DNA from: Cladosporium halotolerans
Taxonomy: Eukaryota
Assembly (NCBI RefSeq): GCF_011745625.1
Contig: NW_027191479.1
Coordinates: 186,001 to 250,000 of the forward strand
Direction: 5' to 3'
Length of the DNA: 64,000 bases
In this document: piece by piece, positions 37,576-51,113 of the stretch
Layout: every line of letters starts with the position of its first letter
Numbering within the stretch: the first letter of the stretch is position 1
Position numbers and translations under genes: made by a program
The notes under the pieces: model-generated
What the model was told of the DNA's origin: nothing
Seen by the model: the letters and a program-made list of their open reading frames with translations, nothing else
Database searches by the model: none

Positions 37576-39547
37576 ATGTCTGCCTTCTCTCTCGCCCTCG
37601 CCGCCCTCTCTTTGGGTTCGGCAGTCCACGCTCAGCAGGCTGGTACTCTTACTCCGGAGAGGCACCCCGCCCTCTCCGTATCGACCTGCACCGCCAGCGG
37701 CTGTACTGCTAAGACGCAAAGTGTCGTCCTTGACGGCAACTGGCGCTGGCTCCACTCCACCTCGGGCTCGACCAACTGCTATACCGGCAACGCCTGGGAC
37801 CCCACCCTCTGCCCCAATGGAGTCACCTGCGCGGCTAACTGTGCCATGGATGGCGCTGACTACTCCGGCACTTATGGTATCAAGACTTCTGGCAACCAAT
37901 TGAGCCTGCAGCTCAAGACGGGCACCAATGTCGGCTCTCGTGTCTACCTCATGGATGATCAGGACAAGAATTACCAGATGTTCAACCTGAAGAACCAGGA
38001 GTTCACCTTTGATGTTGACGTCAGCCAGCTTGAGTGTAAGAACCCAAACATTTCGACTAAAACCTTGGGTTTCGCTGATAACGATCCTTAAGGCGGCCTG
38101 AACGGTGCGCTCTACTTCGTCTCCATGCCAGCTGACGGCGGTGTGTCCGCGACCAACAAGGCTGGTACCAAGTTCGGAACCGGCTACTGTGACTCGTAAG
38201 TTCCCATGAATGCCATCAATGGCGCGCGAACGTAGTAGACTGATGACGGTATGACAGCCAATGCCCGAAGGATATCAAGTTCATCGAGGGCAAGGCCAAC
38301 GTCGAGGGCTGGGGCGGATCCTCCAACAACCAGAACACCGGAGCTGGCGGCACTGGTAAGTGAAATCACCTTGGACATCCAGATGAGCGCTCTAACATTG
38401 CCAGGTTCTTGTTGCCACGAGATGGACATCTGGGAGGCCAACAAGATCTCCACTGCCGTGACTCCTCACGTCTGCGTCCCAGGCAACGCTCCTTGCACGA
38501 CCGATGTCGACTGCGGTGCTGGCGATGGCAACCGCTACAAGGGCTTCTGCGACAGGGATGGTTGCGATTTCAACCCTTGTAAGTCTGGCAAAACCCACTC
38601 GAACTCCCCTTGGCTGACGTTATGGCGCAGTCCGCATGGGCAACCAGAGCTTTTACGGCCCGAGCAAGATTGTCGACACCACCAAGCCTATGACTGTTGT
38701 GGTAAGCACATTGACCGCGGTGCGTGTGTGGTACAGCTTAGTGACCTCGTCTCCAGACTCAGTTCATCACCTCCGACAACACCGCCAACGGCGACCTCGT
38801 GGAGATCCGCCGCCTCTACGTCCAGAACGGCAAGGTCTTCGGTCAGCCTACGTCCAACGTCGCCGGCGTCACCGGCAACTCTGTCACCGACAGCTTCTGC
38901 GCAGCTCAAAAGTCCGTCTTCGGTGACAACAACCACTTCAGCACCAAGGGTGGCATGAAGGCCATGGGCGATGCCTTCGCCAAGGGCATGGTGCTCGTCA
39001 TGTCTCTGTGGGACGACTACGAGGTCAACATGCACTGGCTCAACTCCCCGTACCCTCTCGATGCTCCCGTCGACAAGCCCGGTGTCGCCCGTGGCACTTG
39101 CGCCAGGGACTCTGGCAAGCCTGCAGACGTCGAGGCGAAGTACCCTGGTGCTACCGTCAAGTTCTCCAACCTCAAGACTGGCCCCATTGGTTCGACTTAC
39201 TCTGGCACCCTCCAGCCCGGTGGAGGCAGTGGATCTTCCAGCTCTTCTTCTTCCTCCAGGACTTCGAGCACCAGCTCCACCTCCAGGTCGAGCTCGTCGA
39301 TCACCACCACCACTCGGGTCAGCACCACTTCCACCACTACCTCCAGGGCGACCACCACTACGGCGTCCGGCGGTGTTGCTCAGAAGTGGGGACAGTGCGG
39401 CGTAAGTGCATCATTCTCCAGCAAGTCTCACCCACTTTTTCACGCGTACTGACTTTCATCCAGGGCAACAACTGGCCTGGCCCCTACGTCTGCGTCAGCG
39501 GCACCACCTGCACCAAGGTCAACGACTGGTACTCCCAGTGCCTGTAA
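37576..39547 (+). CDS. cbh1: GH7 cellobiohydrolase I with linker and CBM1
   Basis: Signal peptide then Gln, [39 protein letters not shown] linker and QKWGQCGG...[12 protein letters not shown]. Six introns. Confidence 0.95.
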
Positions 39548-41272
39548 GCGAAGGCGAGAGTTTATGCGGTCTCGACAGGAGATGGTTGAGGCGAACGATG
39601 CGAGAGTTGCTCGCGACCGGAGAAGAGATGCATAACGAGAGACGATTTGGAATGGCCAATAGTTGTCTGCAGTTGAAATCAGTTCACGAGACGCAAGCTT
39701 CGCGTGCCTCTCCAAGTTTCTCATCCTTGCGCCGATCGCAGCCTTCATTGTCTCTGATATACCCAGAAGGCTGACATATCGTGTCTTCCCCGCAGCTGAA
39801 TATTCCCAACAGACGCGATGAATACGATGCCGCGACGCATAAGTGTAGATCAGTAGCCACCTTAATGCATAAGCTTACCCGCAAATGGCGTGCAGGCGAG
39901 TATAGGCGACGCGCCTATAGCAAAGGCCCAAAACGCGCAGCGCGCACGCGTTGGACCTGCATCGGGAGGAACGTGGCGCGCACGCCAGCCCGAGACGTTG
40001 CGATATTTCGCCGCTGATATAAGCTGCGAGGGCATGTCACTGCGGGCGCTATCGGCGGATGATCACTGAAACAGCGACGCTATCTGGAGCGGTTCCACAA
40101 ACGGCCGGACGCTGTGTGCCGATGAATTCGCGGAGAGGCAGCGTCGGGACAGATGCTGCTTTCGTCCGCTGGCAGAGTCAGGCGAAACAGCCAAGGCCGC
40201 TGCGCTGGCTTCTAGACGACAAAACAGCGAGGATCTGCTGTTCTAGCTGGGCAACATTGATGACACAGCCGGGGGCGACGTGAGGGCTCGATACGTCTTT
40301 TCTCTCGCTTAGCCGGCTTTGGTGAGAGGGCTCACAACTGACATCTACTATGCCCTAGACGCCGGGCTACTTGTCGATAGTGTCAGCCAATGAAATGATC
40401 CTATATCAGCGACACGACCTACACTGCAGGAGTCTGCTCCGCGGCGGGCCTTTTGTGCCCCACCACCTTAGCTCCCGGATCTGTCAAAGGGGCTGCCGTC
40501 CAATCCTTCCTTCGTGCGAGCTCAGCCCGTCCATGCCGTCTTGCTATTTTCCCGGCATCGCAGACGCTACCTTGTATGATGCGGATTGCAAAAGCTTACC
40601 TGGCTCCCGGTACCGACATAATGCTCGAATGGCTATAGAATCCACAGGAGCTACATCGGGATGCAGGCGTTGCCATCACCTCCCGGTTCCTGAGGGCATG
40701 AGTCAGTGGGTCCGGTATCTCTGTTCGCTTAACAGCAGTCATCGTCCATTTCGTACAATCAATACGTCAGTGACAGGAGTGTCGGTGTGAAGGCAATTAA
40801 GCAGCGGCTCTTACCCTTGCACCATTTCTTCATGCAGCCTCGACTCCGTGGCGGATCGTAGGCGCGGCTTCGATCACCGGCAGGGAAACGCCTAGGGTTG
40901 CACCACGGCTTCGGACCCTGGAGCCTTTAATCTAGCAGGCCTAAGAAACCGGCGCGCAGACGGCGCCGGCAGGCCTACCCACACCTCGTCGAAGACACTT
41001 CCGGGGTGCATGGGGGTTCGACTCTGACTTGCGGCATCCGATGCTCCCCATCGTGGTAGTAAGATGCGTGCGCCATAACAAGAGCTAGACCAAGCTTCCC
41101 GGGCCATCGTCCATCCCCTGACCTGCGCGAACGTGTCTCACACATGCAAGTACAAGGCCTCGTGGCCATGCACCGTTGCGCTTTCTTCTAAGCCAGCTGT
41201 GGCTTTTGCTTCTCGCTCTTGTGCTCTGTCTTTGCGAGGAAGAGGTGGCAAAGGCGTTTCAATTCTTTCACC

Positions 41273-42802
41273 ATGGCGGAGAACATCCAGCTTCCGCCCA
41301 CGCCGGCGCCTGAGGACATGCCGGTCAACAGGAATATTGGCGACGGGCTGTGTGTTATGACATGGGTCCTCCTGGGAGTCTCGACCGTGTTGGTCGGCGG
41401 TCGTATGATGTCCAAGACTTTGGTGTTACGGCGATTCCGATGGGACGACGTCTTTTTGTTATTGACTTGGGTAAGATCGCCTCGTTTCAAATGCTGCCTT
41501 GAAGAATGCAGGTGTCTGACGAATTCTCAGGCCACATCTATTGGTTACTCTATACTCATACAACTTGCGTACCACCATGGATTCGGTCGACATTCCTGTA
41601 TGTCTTCCTTGGTGCTCACATCGAATGGAGAACGAACAACAACTGATCAACTCGTCACGTCTCAGTATACCTCGAGATTCCCCACGCTTTGAAGCTACTG
41701 AAGTATGCGTACATCTGCCAGATGTTCTGCGTACTCACGCCTATGTTAGGTCGCATCGCTGTCACTCTTTACACCCTCTCGTTACTTGGGAGAACCAAGG
41801 CCTACCTGCGATACTTCTTATGGTCCTTGCTCTGGCTGCAGGTGATCTTCAATATCGCCATTGCCATTACTCTCTTGAGTGCCTGCGGCACTGACATGAC
41901 TATCATTGCCAAGTAAGTTGCTTGTGCATTTCCTCCGTCTCGATTTCATCGATCACAAAATGCTGACTATTTCTCAACAGCCCCGCGACCACTTGTTACC
42001 GACAGTCTCCTTGGTCTCGCTTTGCCCAGTTCATTGGAGGTAAGCCGACTGCAATCGCTCTTTCATCTCAACGCAATCGGGCCTAACATCATCCAGCTTT
42101 CAACGCCTTCACCGATGGAGCCCTCTCGCTTGCTCCTGGCTTCGTCATCTCCGGTCTGCGAACAACCACTCGCGCGAAGTTAGCAGCCTGCTGTCTGCTA
42201 TGCCTAAGCAGCCTCGCCAGCGTCGCCGCCATCTGGCGCACAATCGAAATCGACAAGATCTTCGACGCAGACTGGGACTTCACCTGTAAGCACCCTCCCC
42301 AGAACCCCCAAAAACCCCAACATCCTAACTAACAACCCCTCCAGTCAACGCCGTCCCCTACTTCTACGCCTCCTCCTTCGAGCAAAGCATCATCATGATC
42401 ACCGCCTCGATCCCCACCCTCGGCCCCATCGCCCGCCACATCCGCCACAAGACCTCCACGACCTTCTCCGCCAGCAAGCACGGCAGCGTCGTCCTCTCCA
42501 ACAGCACCGCCAGCGCCAGCCGCCACGACTCCTCCGAGAGCACCGAGCTGCAGAAGAACCTCTCGCACGCCCTCGGCATCCACCTCCCCGGCCTCGGCAA
42601 CACCGTCGTCATCACCGGCGGCGCGGCGAAGAAGGGGCGCAAGAATAGCAGGGACAGCGTCCTGCCGCTGTCGGATATCAAGGCGACGACGCGCACGGAT
42701 GTGAAGGTCGAGACGGCGCCGGCGTACTCGACTGCGAGTGGCGAGGAGGATGTGGAGAGTCTGTTCAACATGCCGAAGACGATGAGTCGGGAGGGAAAGT
42801 GA
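41273..42802 (+). CDS. PTH11-like (fungal rhodopsin-domain) integral membrane protein without CFEM
   Basis: Six exons: RFRWDDVFLL, HHGFGRH, GRIAVTLY, FNAFTD and EQSIIMITASIPTLGP, followed by a Ser-rich cytoplasmic tail. Confidence 0.85.
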
Positions 42803-45800
42803 GATGGGGTGTGTGGGGTTGAGGCCCTCGTTTTTCTCTCTCTTTTGTTGTATTACCTGGTATTCTCTGTTATTGTATATGACTAACGACTTTTTCTCTT
42901 CTTCGTTTTGGATCGGGGGTCGTGCGACGGATGTACCGTATGGTCGCCATGGCGTCGATTGGCTTGTCTGATGCTTGAGGCTGAGGAATGTCAAGTTTTC
43001 GCTCACCTCGTTGCATACTTTCTCTCAACCTCAACAGGCCGACTCAATATATCGATAGACGGAAAGCGAGACAGGTCCAGATACCCAGACACACCAAGTC
43101 ACGGCCAGAGCAACTTCTCTTCCAGGCTTCCAGCATTGCCCGTCCGAACCTGAGTCTGGGCCAGACGTCAAAAAGGCGAGACTCCTTGTCGGTTTGGAGG
43201 TGACTGATTCTTGAGATCACCAGCTTCATCGCCGACAGAAAGAATGAACCAAGTCTTGCTTGCGATTCTCGGCACCGGCTGACGATTCGTTCCAACCGTG
43301 AAAAAAACGGGCAAGATCTGGCAAATCAGCAGAAACCCATTTCTGGTCGGTGTATCCCAGCCTCTGAAAGGCCGGAGTGGGCTGACGTTACGGGGAGGAG
43401 GCAGTCGGCCAGCTCCGAGAACCCAGCAAATGAGAAACCCGAGCCGGATGGCGCACGATGGTGATGGGGGAGGGCATAGGAGAGCGAGAATCCCGATGCT
43501 GGAGGGAAGAATGGAAGGGAGAGAGCGAAACGTCACTACATGCAGGGAGCTCTTGAGGCGGAGCCCGTCAGCTTGTTGCACAAACTGCAAAAGCAGCAGC
43601 TGCACGTATCCGCGCTGCAGCCTGTGACTACTACTTCCAGCCTAGCTGTCCGGAAGCTATACCTTAGGTATATTGCAAGCAGTGGCGAGCGGTTTGTCCG
43701 TGCATGCTAGCAAGCGGACTGAGGACGGTAGACATGTAACCAACCTACTTTTATGAACGCTGCAAGCATGTGATTGACACGTCTGAGTGCTTACTCGATT
43801 TGGGCAGTGATAATGGTGTACAGCGGAAAACCGTTCCATGGGTCGCTCCGACCTACTTGTCCCTTGGCGATCGTGAGGCGGCGAAAGCGGTCAGCCTCAA
43901 GCGTGGGATGTATAAGGTACGTTCATCACGTCGTGGGTCGAACTTGGCAGTCTGCGGAAGCGCCGACTCAGGCCTTCCATTTGTGCCTGAGGTCGGAGTC
44001 CGACGTGTACTTACGCGTAAATTGACGTCTTGTTGCCAACAAATTGATAGCATCGCATGTACATGTAAATGTGACTCAACACATCGCGCAGCGATGCCGC
44101 TGACCATGATGTCGATGCGCGCACCCTGACACCAGCAGACAGAGCCAAAGAGTGCGCGGACGCTGCCGGCAAGCTGCCGCAAGGAACGACGTGAGAACAA
44201 CGTGCGAACGATGCTGTATCGGGATTCGACACCCGTGTGATCCGGTCTGGACCAGGAACGCGACGACCCTTTCACGGACAGGGCGACTTGGCTGGAGCGT
44301 GCGGCGCGGCGTGACCGCAAGCTCCAAGCCTTGGGCGAGTCTGCCGCTGTACATTTCACCAAAAGCTTGGTCTCAGTCCAATACACACACGGGGAACACA
44401 GCAGCTCTTTGACTCATAAGCTCCACAGACCGAAGTCAATGGCCACAGAAAGACCACAGATCTAGCTAGGCCGCACCCACGTCCGATGTGACTCGAAGTC
44501 AAGCTGCCCGCTCCAAGCCTCCGACCGGTGTCTGTAGAGTTTGGCACCGACGACTGCGGTGTCGAAGAAGGTGAGGATGGCACGCATGGCTGGCCCCACG
44601 CATGACTCTTCCGCGCTGCAGCTGCACCGCTGCTGCACGAGTGCGGGCTCAGCCTTGTGCTGCGCCCAGACGGCTGTGCCATCCACTCTCACGCGATCGC
44701 AACGCACGAGCGAAGCATCACTGCGCAGCGCAGCGCACAGCAAGACGGCAGCCCGGAGCCCTCGGAGAGGAGACGGGATGCCAGCTGGGCTGTCTATCAG
44801 CGCGCGCTCAGCACTGCCGCCACGGAGTCTTGCGTGCGCCTCCACGCGCTTTCAGCTGGTAGGGCAGTGTTAGAGTTGAGACGCAACGGCGTGGCGCCCT
44901 GACCTATCACGAGGTCTGCAGCGGCGCATGATCACGAGTCGCCGTGCGAGAAGCAGGGCCGCTCGAGCGAGCCAGTCCTGCGAGCGCGTGGGACGAGCTA
45001 GAAGGTGAGTGCATGATGAGCGTTCGATGAGCCATGGCGTTCGGCGTCGTTCGCTCCACGCTATCGCGCAAGACCTCCAGGCACGCCAATTGCAGGCGCG
45101 CAATGGACTCACCGGCACGCCCGTCTCGGCTCTGCCTGGCCAAGGCACCATGGTGAAGAAGGGCTGGCCGGGACCAACGGCGATACGACACGGCGTGGGA
45201 GCCGGAGTGGGAGGCGGACCAAGAATGGCACGCGGGCGGCGATGACGAACGTCCACGCAGGCTACGGCGGTGACGTGCAGAATCGCGCCTCTCCCACCAG
45301 GTGCTCGCCGCCGCTGATTTGACAGGACGGCGTCACCCTGTCGTGTACCACCACTGCCAGGCCCCTGGAGATCCGTCATCTCGTCCGTCACTCAATGTCA
45401 CTCGAGCCGCGACCGGCCGTGTCGGACGAGTTGGGACACCTCGCGTGGGCGAGAGCGTTCGCCCGTGCTGGCCTGCCATCACGAGATGCTACACTCTCAC
45501 GCCATTGGCATGTGGCCGTCAGCCGGAGGGCAAGGTGTAGGTTTGTCGAAAAGGCAGCCATGCGGGCGGGCGAGCGAGCTGCGGACGGCCAGAGGGTTGC
45601 CTCGAAGCACATCGCCCAGCTGGCCCGGCGGCCGTTGTTCTGCAGCTGATGGAGACAGCCGGCCGGCGAGTGTTGCGTGCCGCGCCCGCAGCCAACGTCG
45701 CCCCCACCAGTTTGCGCGGGCTTCACAGCCTGGCAGCCTGGCTGCCTGGCGACGTTAGCTCCACCCTCGAACCAAGCATCGCCACCGTCCTTCACCCATC

Positions 45801-45818
45801 GTCACCGGCCCAGTCTTT

Positions 45819-45845
45819 CCCATGCCCATGCCCATGCCCATGCCC
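45819..45845 (+). repeat. (CCCATG)4 short tandem repeat
   Basis: Four perfect copies plus CCC. Confidence 0.9.
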
Positions 45846-46237
45846 TCCCGGCCGCGGCGTCGCAATCGAGTCTGGTCCCGCCGGTACCCTGCGCTCTCCG
45901 CGCACGCTCGAGGCACCGCGGTTGCCTGATCCTGTGCATGCCTAAGCCCCCAAGGCCCTGACCCTTCTCACACCCTCCCGTGCATTACACCACCACACCC
46001 TCTGGCCAGCAGCCAGAGCTGCCGCAGGTAGGTCCCATCTATATATCCCCTCCTCCCGCCCGTGTCCGCGCCCTACTCCTCCTTCCCCCAATCATACCAC
46101 AACACATCTACCATTCGACGCCTTCCTGTCCGCCTTCCAAAGCATCACTGCCCAAGCAACCACCAACCGCCCACCCAATCCTGTCGCAACCCCACTGGCC
46201 CAGCTTGCCGCCCAGGCACAGCACGTCACCGCCCACA

Positions 46238-47116
46238 ATGCCCACCCGCGGCACCAAGCCCATCATCATCGCCGCCGCCCCCTCCACCACCACCACCTAC
46301 ACCACATCCAACCTCTCACCCTCCACCCCGCCCTCGCCCAAAACCGTCCGCTTCGCCCCGCGCTCCGACGAACTCCCCTCCCGCCCCGCCACCTCCCAAG
46401 AAGCCTGGTCCCTCTACCACTTCGAGAACCACGCCCACGGCTGCGCCGCCTGCCACAAGGCGCGCCGCAGCCTCCTCTGCGACACCGGCTACCACCTCGC
46501 CCAGGACGTCGCCGTTCACGTCCGCTTGCACGCCGGCGAGCTCTGCAGCACCCGCCCGGACGACGACGGCAAGCTGCTCCGCGTCGAGATCCCCCACGGC
46601 TACAATAAGGTCAAGACCCTGTTGGGCGCCGAGGCCAAGGGCAAGAAGGTGAAGAAGAGCGCGCCGGTCGTCAGCTACGAGGACGCGGAGCGCAGGCGTT
46701 CCTCGTCTCTGTCGCCCCGCAGGAGGGACCGCGAGCACCACCGCGAGAAAGTGACGGTCGAGCCCTCGCGCTCGTCGCACGAGGAGAAGCGCGCCTCGGC
46801 TGCGAAGCCCAAGGCTAAAACCCAACACTACGCCACCGTCGAAGTCAAGCCCATCGCCGGGAACGACAGATTCCACGAATACGAGCAGGGCGGCCCCGTG
46901 CGGCTGCCCGAGCGGCCCAAGCGCGGCAGCTTGTACGAGGCTGATATGAAGCGGCCGCGCAAGGAGTTTAGGATCGAGGAGCGCGCGCCGTTGGAGAAGA
47001 AGGTTGAGCGCGGGCGGGATCGTGAGAGGGAGAGGGAGGAGAGGAGGGAGATGAGGAGGCGGGAGAGGGAGAGGGGGCCTGAAGACAGGGAGAGGGAGAG
47101 GAGGCGCGTGTATTGA
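46238..47116 (+). CDS. Hypothetical protein with His/Cys cluster and Arg/Glu-rich tail
   Basis: Strong C-ending codon bias from ATG 46238. Motif FENHAHGCAACH...LCDTG, RVEIP and a terminal RE repeats region. Confidence 0.7.
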   Translation: MPTRGTKPIIIAAAPSTTTTYTTSNLSPSTPPSPKTVRFAPRSDELPSRPATSQEAWSLYHFENHAHGCAACHKARRSLLCDTGYHLAQDVAVHVRLHAGELCSTRPDDDGKLLRVEIPHGYNKVKTLLGAEAKGKKVKKSAPVVSYEDAERRRSSSLSPRRRDREHHREKVTVEPSRSSHEEKRASAAKPKAKTQHYATVEVKPIAGNDRFHEYEQGGPVRLPERPKRGSLYEADMKRPRKEFRIEERAPLEKKVERGRDREREREERREMRRRERERGPEDRERERRRVY

Positions 47117-48115
47117 GAAGTTGTGCAAGGGTGAGCGGGCTGGTTCGCGCTCTGGGGTTGTAATTTCTTGGTGATTCGCTGGTCGATTTTGGGGAGTGGT
47201 AGTTTTGAATGGATGGGTGGGATGATGGATGGAAAAGATACCCCGGCTTTGAGTCTTAGAGTCTAATGGACACATGGAAGGAGGATACACCGTACAGGTG
47301 ACGACAGATGAAAGAATGAAGACATCTTCGCATTGCTCACTCTCGTTCTCTTTCGCTCATGTCCTTGACCTGTGGACCGAGCTTCGTGTGCCGTCCGTAT
47401 CGTTCTGTCATGTCAACGACCCTAGAAGGGTACAAAATGACCTTCAGACCCGACTTGAGATATCACACGTTTATGACATGAACTCCGAGCCACCCGCATG
47501 AAAAGCACATTGCCTGTAGTGAGGTGGTTGTCATCGCTGAAGTCTAGGTCCCACAATTCCTGGCTGCTCCCGCGAAGCTTGAAGGGACGACCAGTGATGA
47601 AGCTTTGAGGAAGCGCGGACTGAATTCCAGAGTTGACAGCAACCATGTTCAACGAAGGCCTTCACGAAGCGTTGATGTCGCGTCAGGCGACATATGCGTA
47701 TTACCAGCCTCGATACTACCAATGATGGACTGTACGCTCTAGGACCGGAAGCGGTCTTAGCAACGCGCATGTGAATCCACGTTCGCAGTTGCGACAAGGC
47801 CTGGACGCTGTCATGACGACTGTTCGTTGGACGCACAAACATACAACGACCGTGGACTCGAGACTGCAGATGCACAGCCGCGTCGACCGTAAGGCGCAGC
47901 TCTGGCTTCGCCACCCTGACCGGTGAGAGTGGGCGCAAGTTCCACACCACGAAAGAGGGAATCAGCCTGCTGGCCATGCAAGCCTCATGCACCTTCCAGC
48001 TGGCTCTCTGAGTACTTCAGGCCCGGTCTGAGCCTTCCAATTTCTGGTTCCTTCTCTGGTTCTATCGTTATCCATTGCGAGATCATCGCTATTGCCCTTA
48101 GTCTCCGCAGCTGAC

Positions 48116-49964
48116 ATGTCTGATGCTGACCTAGACCCGCAGGCGGAGTCGGCAGAAAATGCGGCTAATGCAGGAAATGTACCAAAAGATGCAGCACAAC
48201 CCACTCCTGACGCGCGAGGGTTCTTTGAGAGACTCAGAGATGTCGTCGGAGAGGAGCGGTTCAAAGACTTCGAGTACGCCACTTTTCGCAAACAGCGATC
48301 TCGAGTGAGAATCTGCGGCGATCAAGGGACGCAAATCTTGGTTTCTGGGGGATTGGTTTCTGGGGAATTCGAATCCATGGATTGGCTCACATCCGGCGTA
48401 CTCCGGGAATCCACATCGACGGTGACGGGTCGACCTGAGCGGGCGGTGATTATCGTCGAAGACATTGGCCATCGCTGGATTGAGAAGTTAGACGCGGCCT
48501 TCGGCATCGACCCTCTATTTGTCCTGGCATACGCTCGTGGAATAAGGGATGGCCCTCAAAGAATGGAAACGAAGTTGAGGGAACGTTCGCACCCATTGAT
48601 GGTCAACGGCAACTCCTTCTCGGACAACATCAAGGGCCATTGGGCCATGTTTCAATTGTCCACATTAATAGAACATTCTGATTGGCGCGAGTTGGAAGTT
48701 ACACGTGCGAAAGACCCCTGGTGGTTTTATAGGGCTCTTACAGACGAGTGGCGAGATCGTTGTGAGATTATGCTCACACTGGGATGCTGCCAACTGGACA
48801 AGAATACATGTAAGCACGATGAGTCTATTTGAGAGGGTCTGGGGATGGATATCGACCTCTAACGATCCCGCAGACCTTCTCGCTTCGGATTCTCCGCCAG
48901 ATTCACGCTTCCCGCGCAATATAGACCTACTGAGACCGGCTGGTCGAATTCGATCGCTGGACTACGAGATGCCGTGGTGTCTGAGGCAGTTCCCGCAAGG
49001 CGCATGGTTTGATACGCTAAATTGCTTGACAGAGGCCTTCAATCCTACTATTGCTGGGGAGTTTTACGGTCTCACTTTCGACCTGATTTTCGGTGTCAAT
49101 TTCACCAAAACCCCACAAAAGCTGAAGGGAACCCTATGGGAGAATGAAAGGCAGGTGGAATATCGGTTAAGAATTCTAGCGCAGCTCTTGTGGCCACTTG
49201 CATGGCGCCAAAACGTTTCAGCTTTGAGGGACAAGCTGGAGGCTCAGCGATATGCAGCGCTTCTTTCGCCTTCCGGTTCGTCGTACCGGCCTCTTATCAC
49301 TCTGCGTCGGGCCGTTGCAGATACTCGAGCTGCTATCGTCAATGTAAAAGGCAGCATTGCGTCTCTCACTGAGGAGACCATTCAAGCGATACAAACAGAT
49401 CCGAAAATGACGCTGAGCGGGGTGTATGAGTCTCTTTTGACCGAAATCGACAATATAAATGGGGAGCTGAACGATGACATCCAGCTGATCATCGGCGCGG
49501 TTACGATCCAAGATTCCGAGGCGATGAAGCTACAAGCTGAGCGGGCTACATTGCTGACTCTACTCGCAGCAATCTATTTGCCTTTGACTCTTGTGACTGG
49601 AATCTTTGGCATGAACACACAAGAAATCAACGGTGCGAGTCCATCGTTCAAAGCTTGTGTCCAAGCATTGGTCGTTGTGGCAGTTGCCACGGGTATCTTT
49701 GTGCTCAGCCACTCGCGTTTGAGGCATTGGCAGAAGACACAAGAGCAGCGGCGTCGAGAAAAGGAGGTGGCCGAGCGTAAAGATCTTAAGGCCTTGTTCG
49801 AAAGAGCATCAAGCGATGGAACTCATAAGGGAAATAGCATCAGCAAGATGGGCAAGGCGGTAGAGATTATCAGAAAGGGCTGGGAGGCACCCAAGGCCGC
49901 AGTTTCGAAGGTCGTCAAAAGGAAGCGCAGAGCGTCGCCAGGGGCTTCACTGGAACTTGGATGA
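48116..49964 (+). CDS. Fungal CorA-like membrane protein
   Basis: Intron 48810..48873. C-terminal helical region followed by LLTLLAAIYLPLTLVTGIFGMN (GMN signature) and a second TM segment. Confidence 0.75.
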
Positions 49965-51113
49965 CGAAGATAATCCGGTATGGGCCGCCGTCAATGACTC
50001 GATTGCCTCTGATCCGATTTCATGCCGTGGTGGCTTGCAACCGCCATATGGCAGATGTGTCAGTTGCACGTGAAGCGTCTGCACGGCCGGTTTCTCCCGC
50101 GAGACGGAGGACTTGGAATGGCAGATGGGGCCAGACGGAATAATTACAATGCGCCACGCCGGATTGGCTGGCCGCGGAATCAAGGAAGCCACGGAAAAGC
50201 GGTGCCGTAGAGGACTCCTACTCTCCAGCTTCCACAGCGAAAGACGTCTGCTTATGAAGAGTGAGGCAACAAGATCGCGAGTCCTTTTTCGGCAAACCGG
50301 AACAGCGACACCAAGACTTGGTCGTCACAGGCAAGTCACGTTACTTGCTCGGGCGCCGGCAGCAGGGCCGGCGGGTGACGAGGCTGGAGCTCTGGATTTG
50401 GCTTTTTTCCCCGCATTGCGGAGATGCGGCACGGCGAGAGGGTGGCACGGGCGGTCGGATGGGGCAGCAGCAGAGCAGCAGCTGGCCGGCAAACCACGCG
50501 GCGTGAGAGCTGAGCTGGCCGTTGTCGCGCTGATCCGGACACAAGCAAACCATGTACAATAGCATTAGCCTTCCCGGCGGCCTGTACTCACAATATACAT
50601 CTCACGTCTCACCCCCTATACTGTTATGCCACGTTGAAAGCCACTCGTCTGATCCTCACGCTGTTGACCGTTCAGCTGCAGCCGTTGAATGCGTGACGCG
50701 GGGTCGCACTGCCCGCCAGAGAGCTCCCGCCAGCTCCTCAGCCCTCGTGAGTCCGCCATCTCGTCCCGCCCAGCCAGCGCGAGGCGACGGGGATAATCGG
50801 ACGTCCACGCGCCCATGGTACCTTTCCGAGGGTATCTGCCCCAGCGCCAGAGCCTCCTCGTCGCAGGCACGCACTTAACTTTTGCCGATGACGGACTTCC
50901 TGCTCTTCTGCTGTTCACTACACTCGAGACCTGATTGACTGACCGGCGGGCAATAGACTTGCCAGCATCCTGTGTGATCTTGTCTTTTCTTGTGGACAAC
51001 ACCGAGACATAAGACAAGCTCCACCCACCTCTGCATCGAGCCGCCCACGAGCCTCGGCCGCCTTGATCGACCTCCACCTCCTCTACCACGATCCCAACCC
51101 ACCCCTAGACAAG

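Noticed and set aside
43168..45961. Numerous 60-180 aa Arg/Ala/Pro-rich ORFs in the large intergenic region
   Set aside because: Expected by chance at this GC content; no codon bias or motifs.
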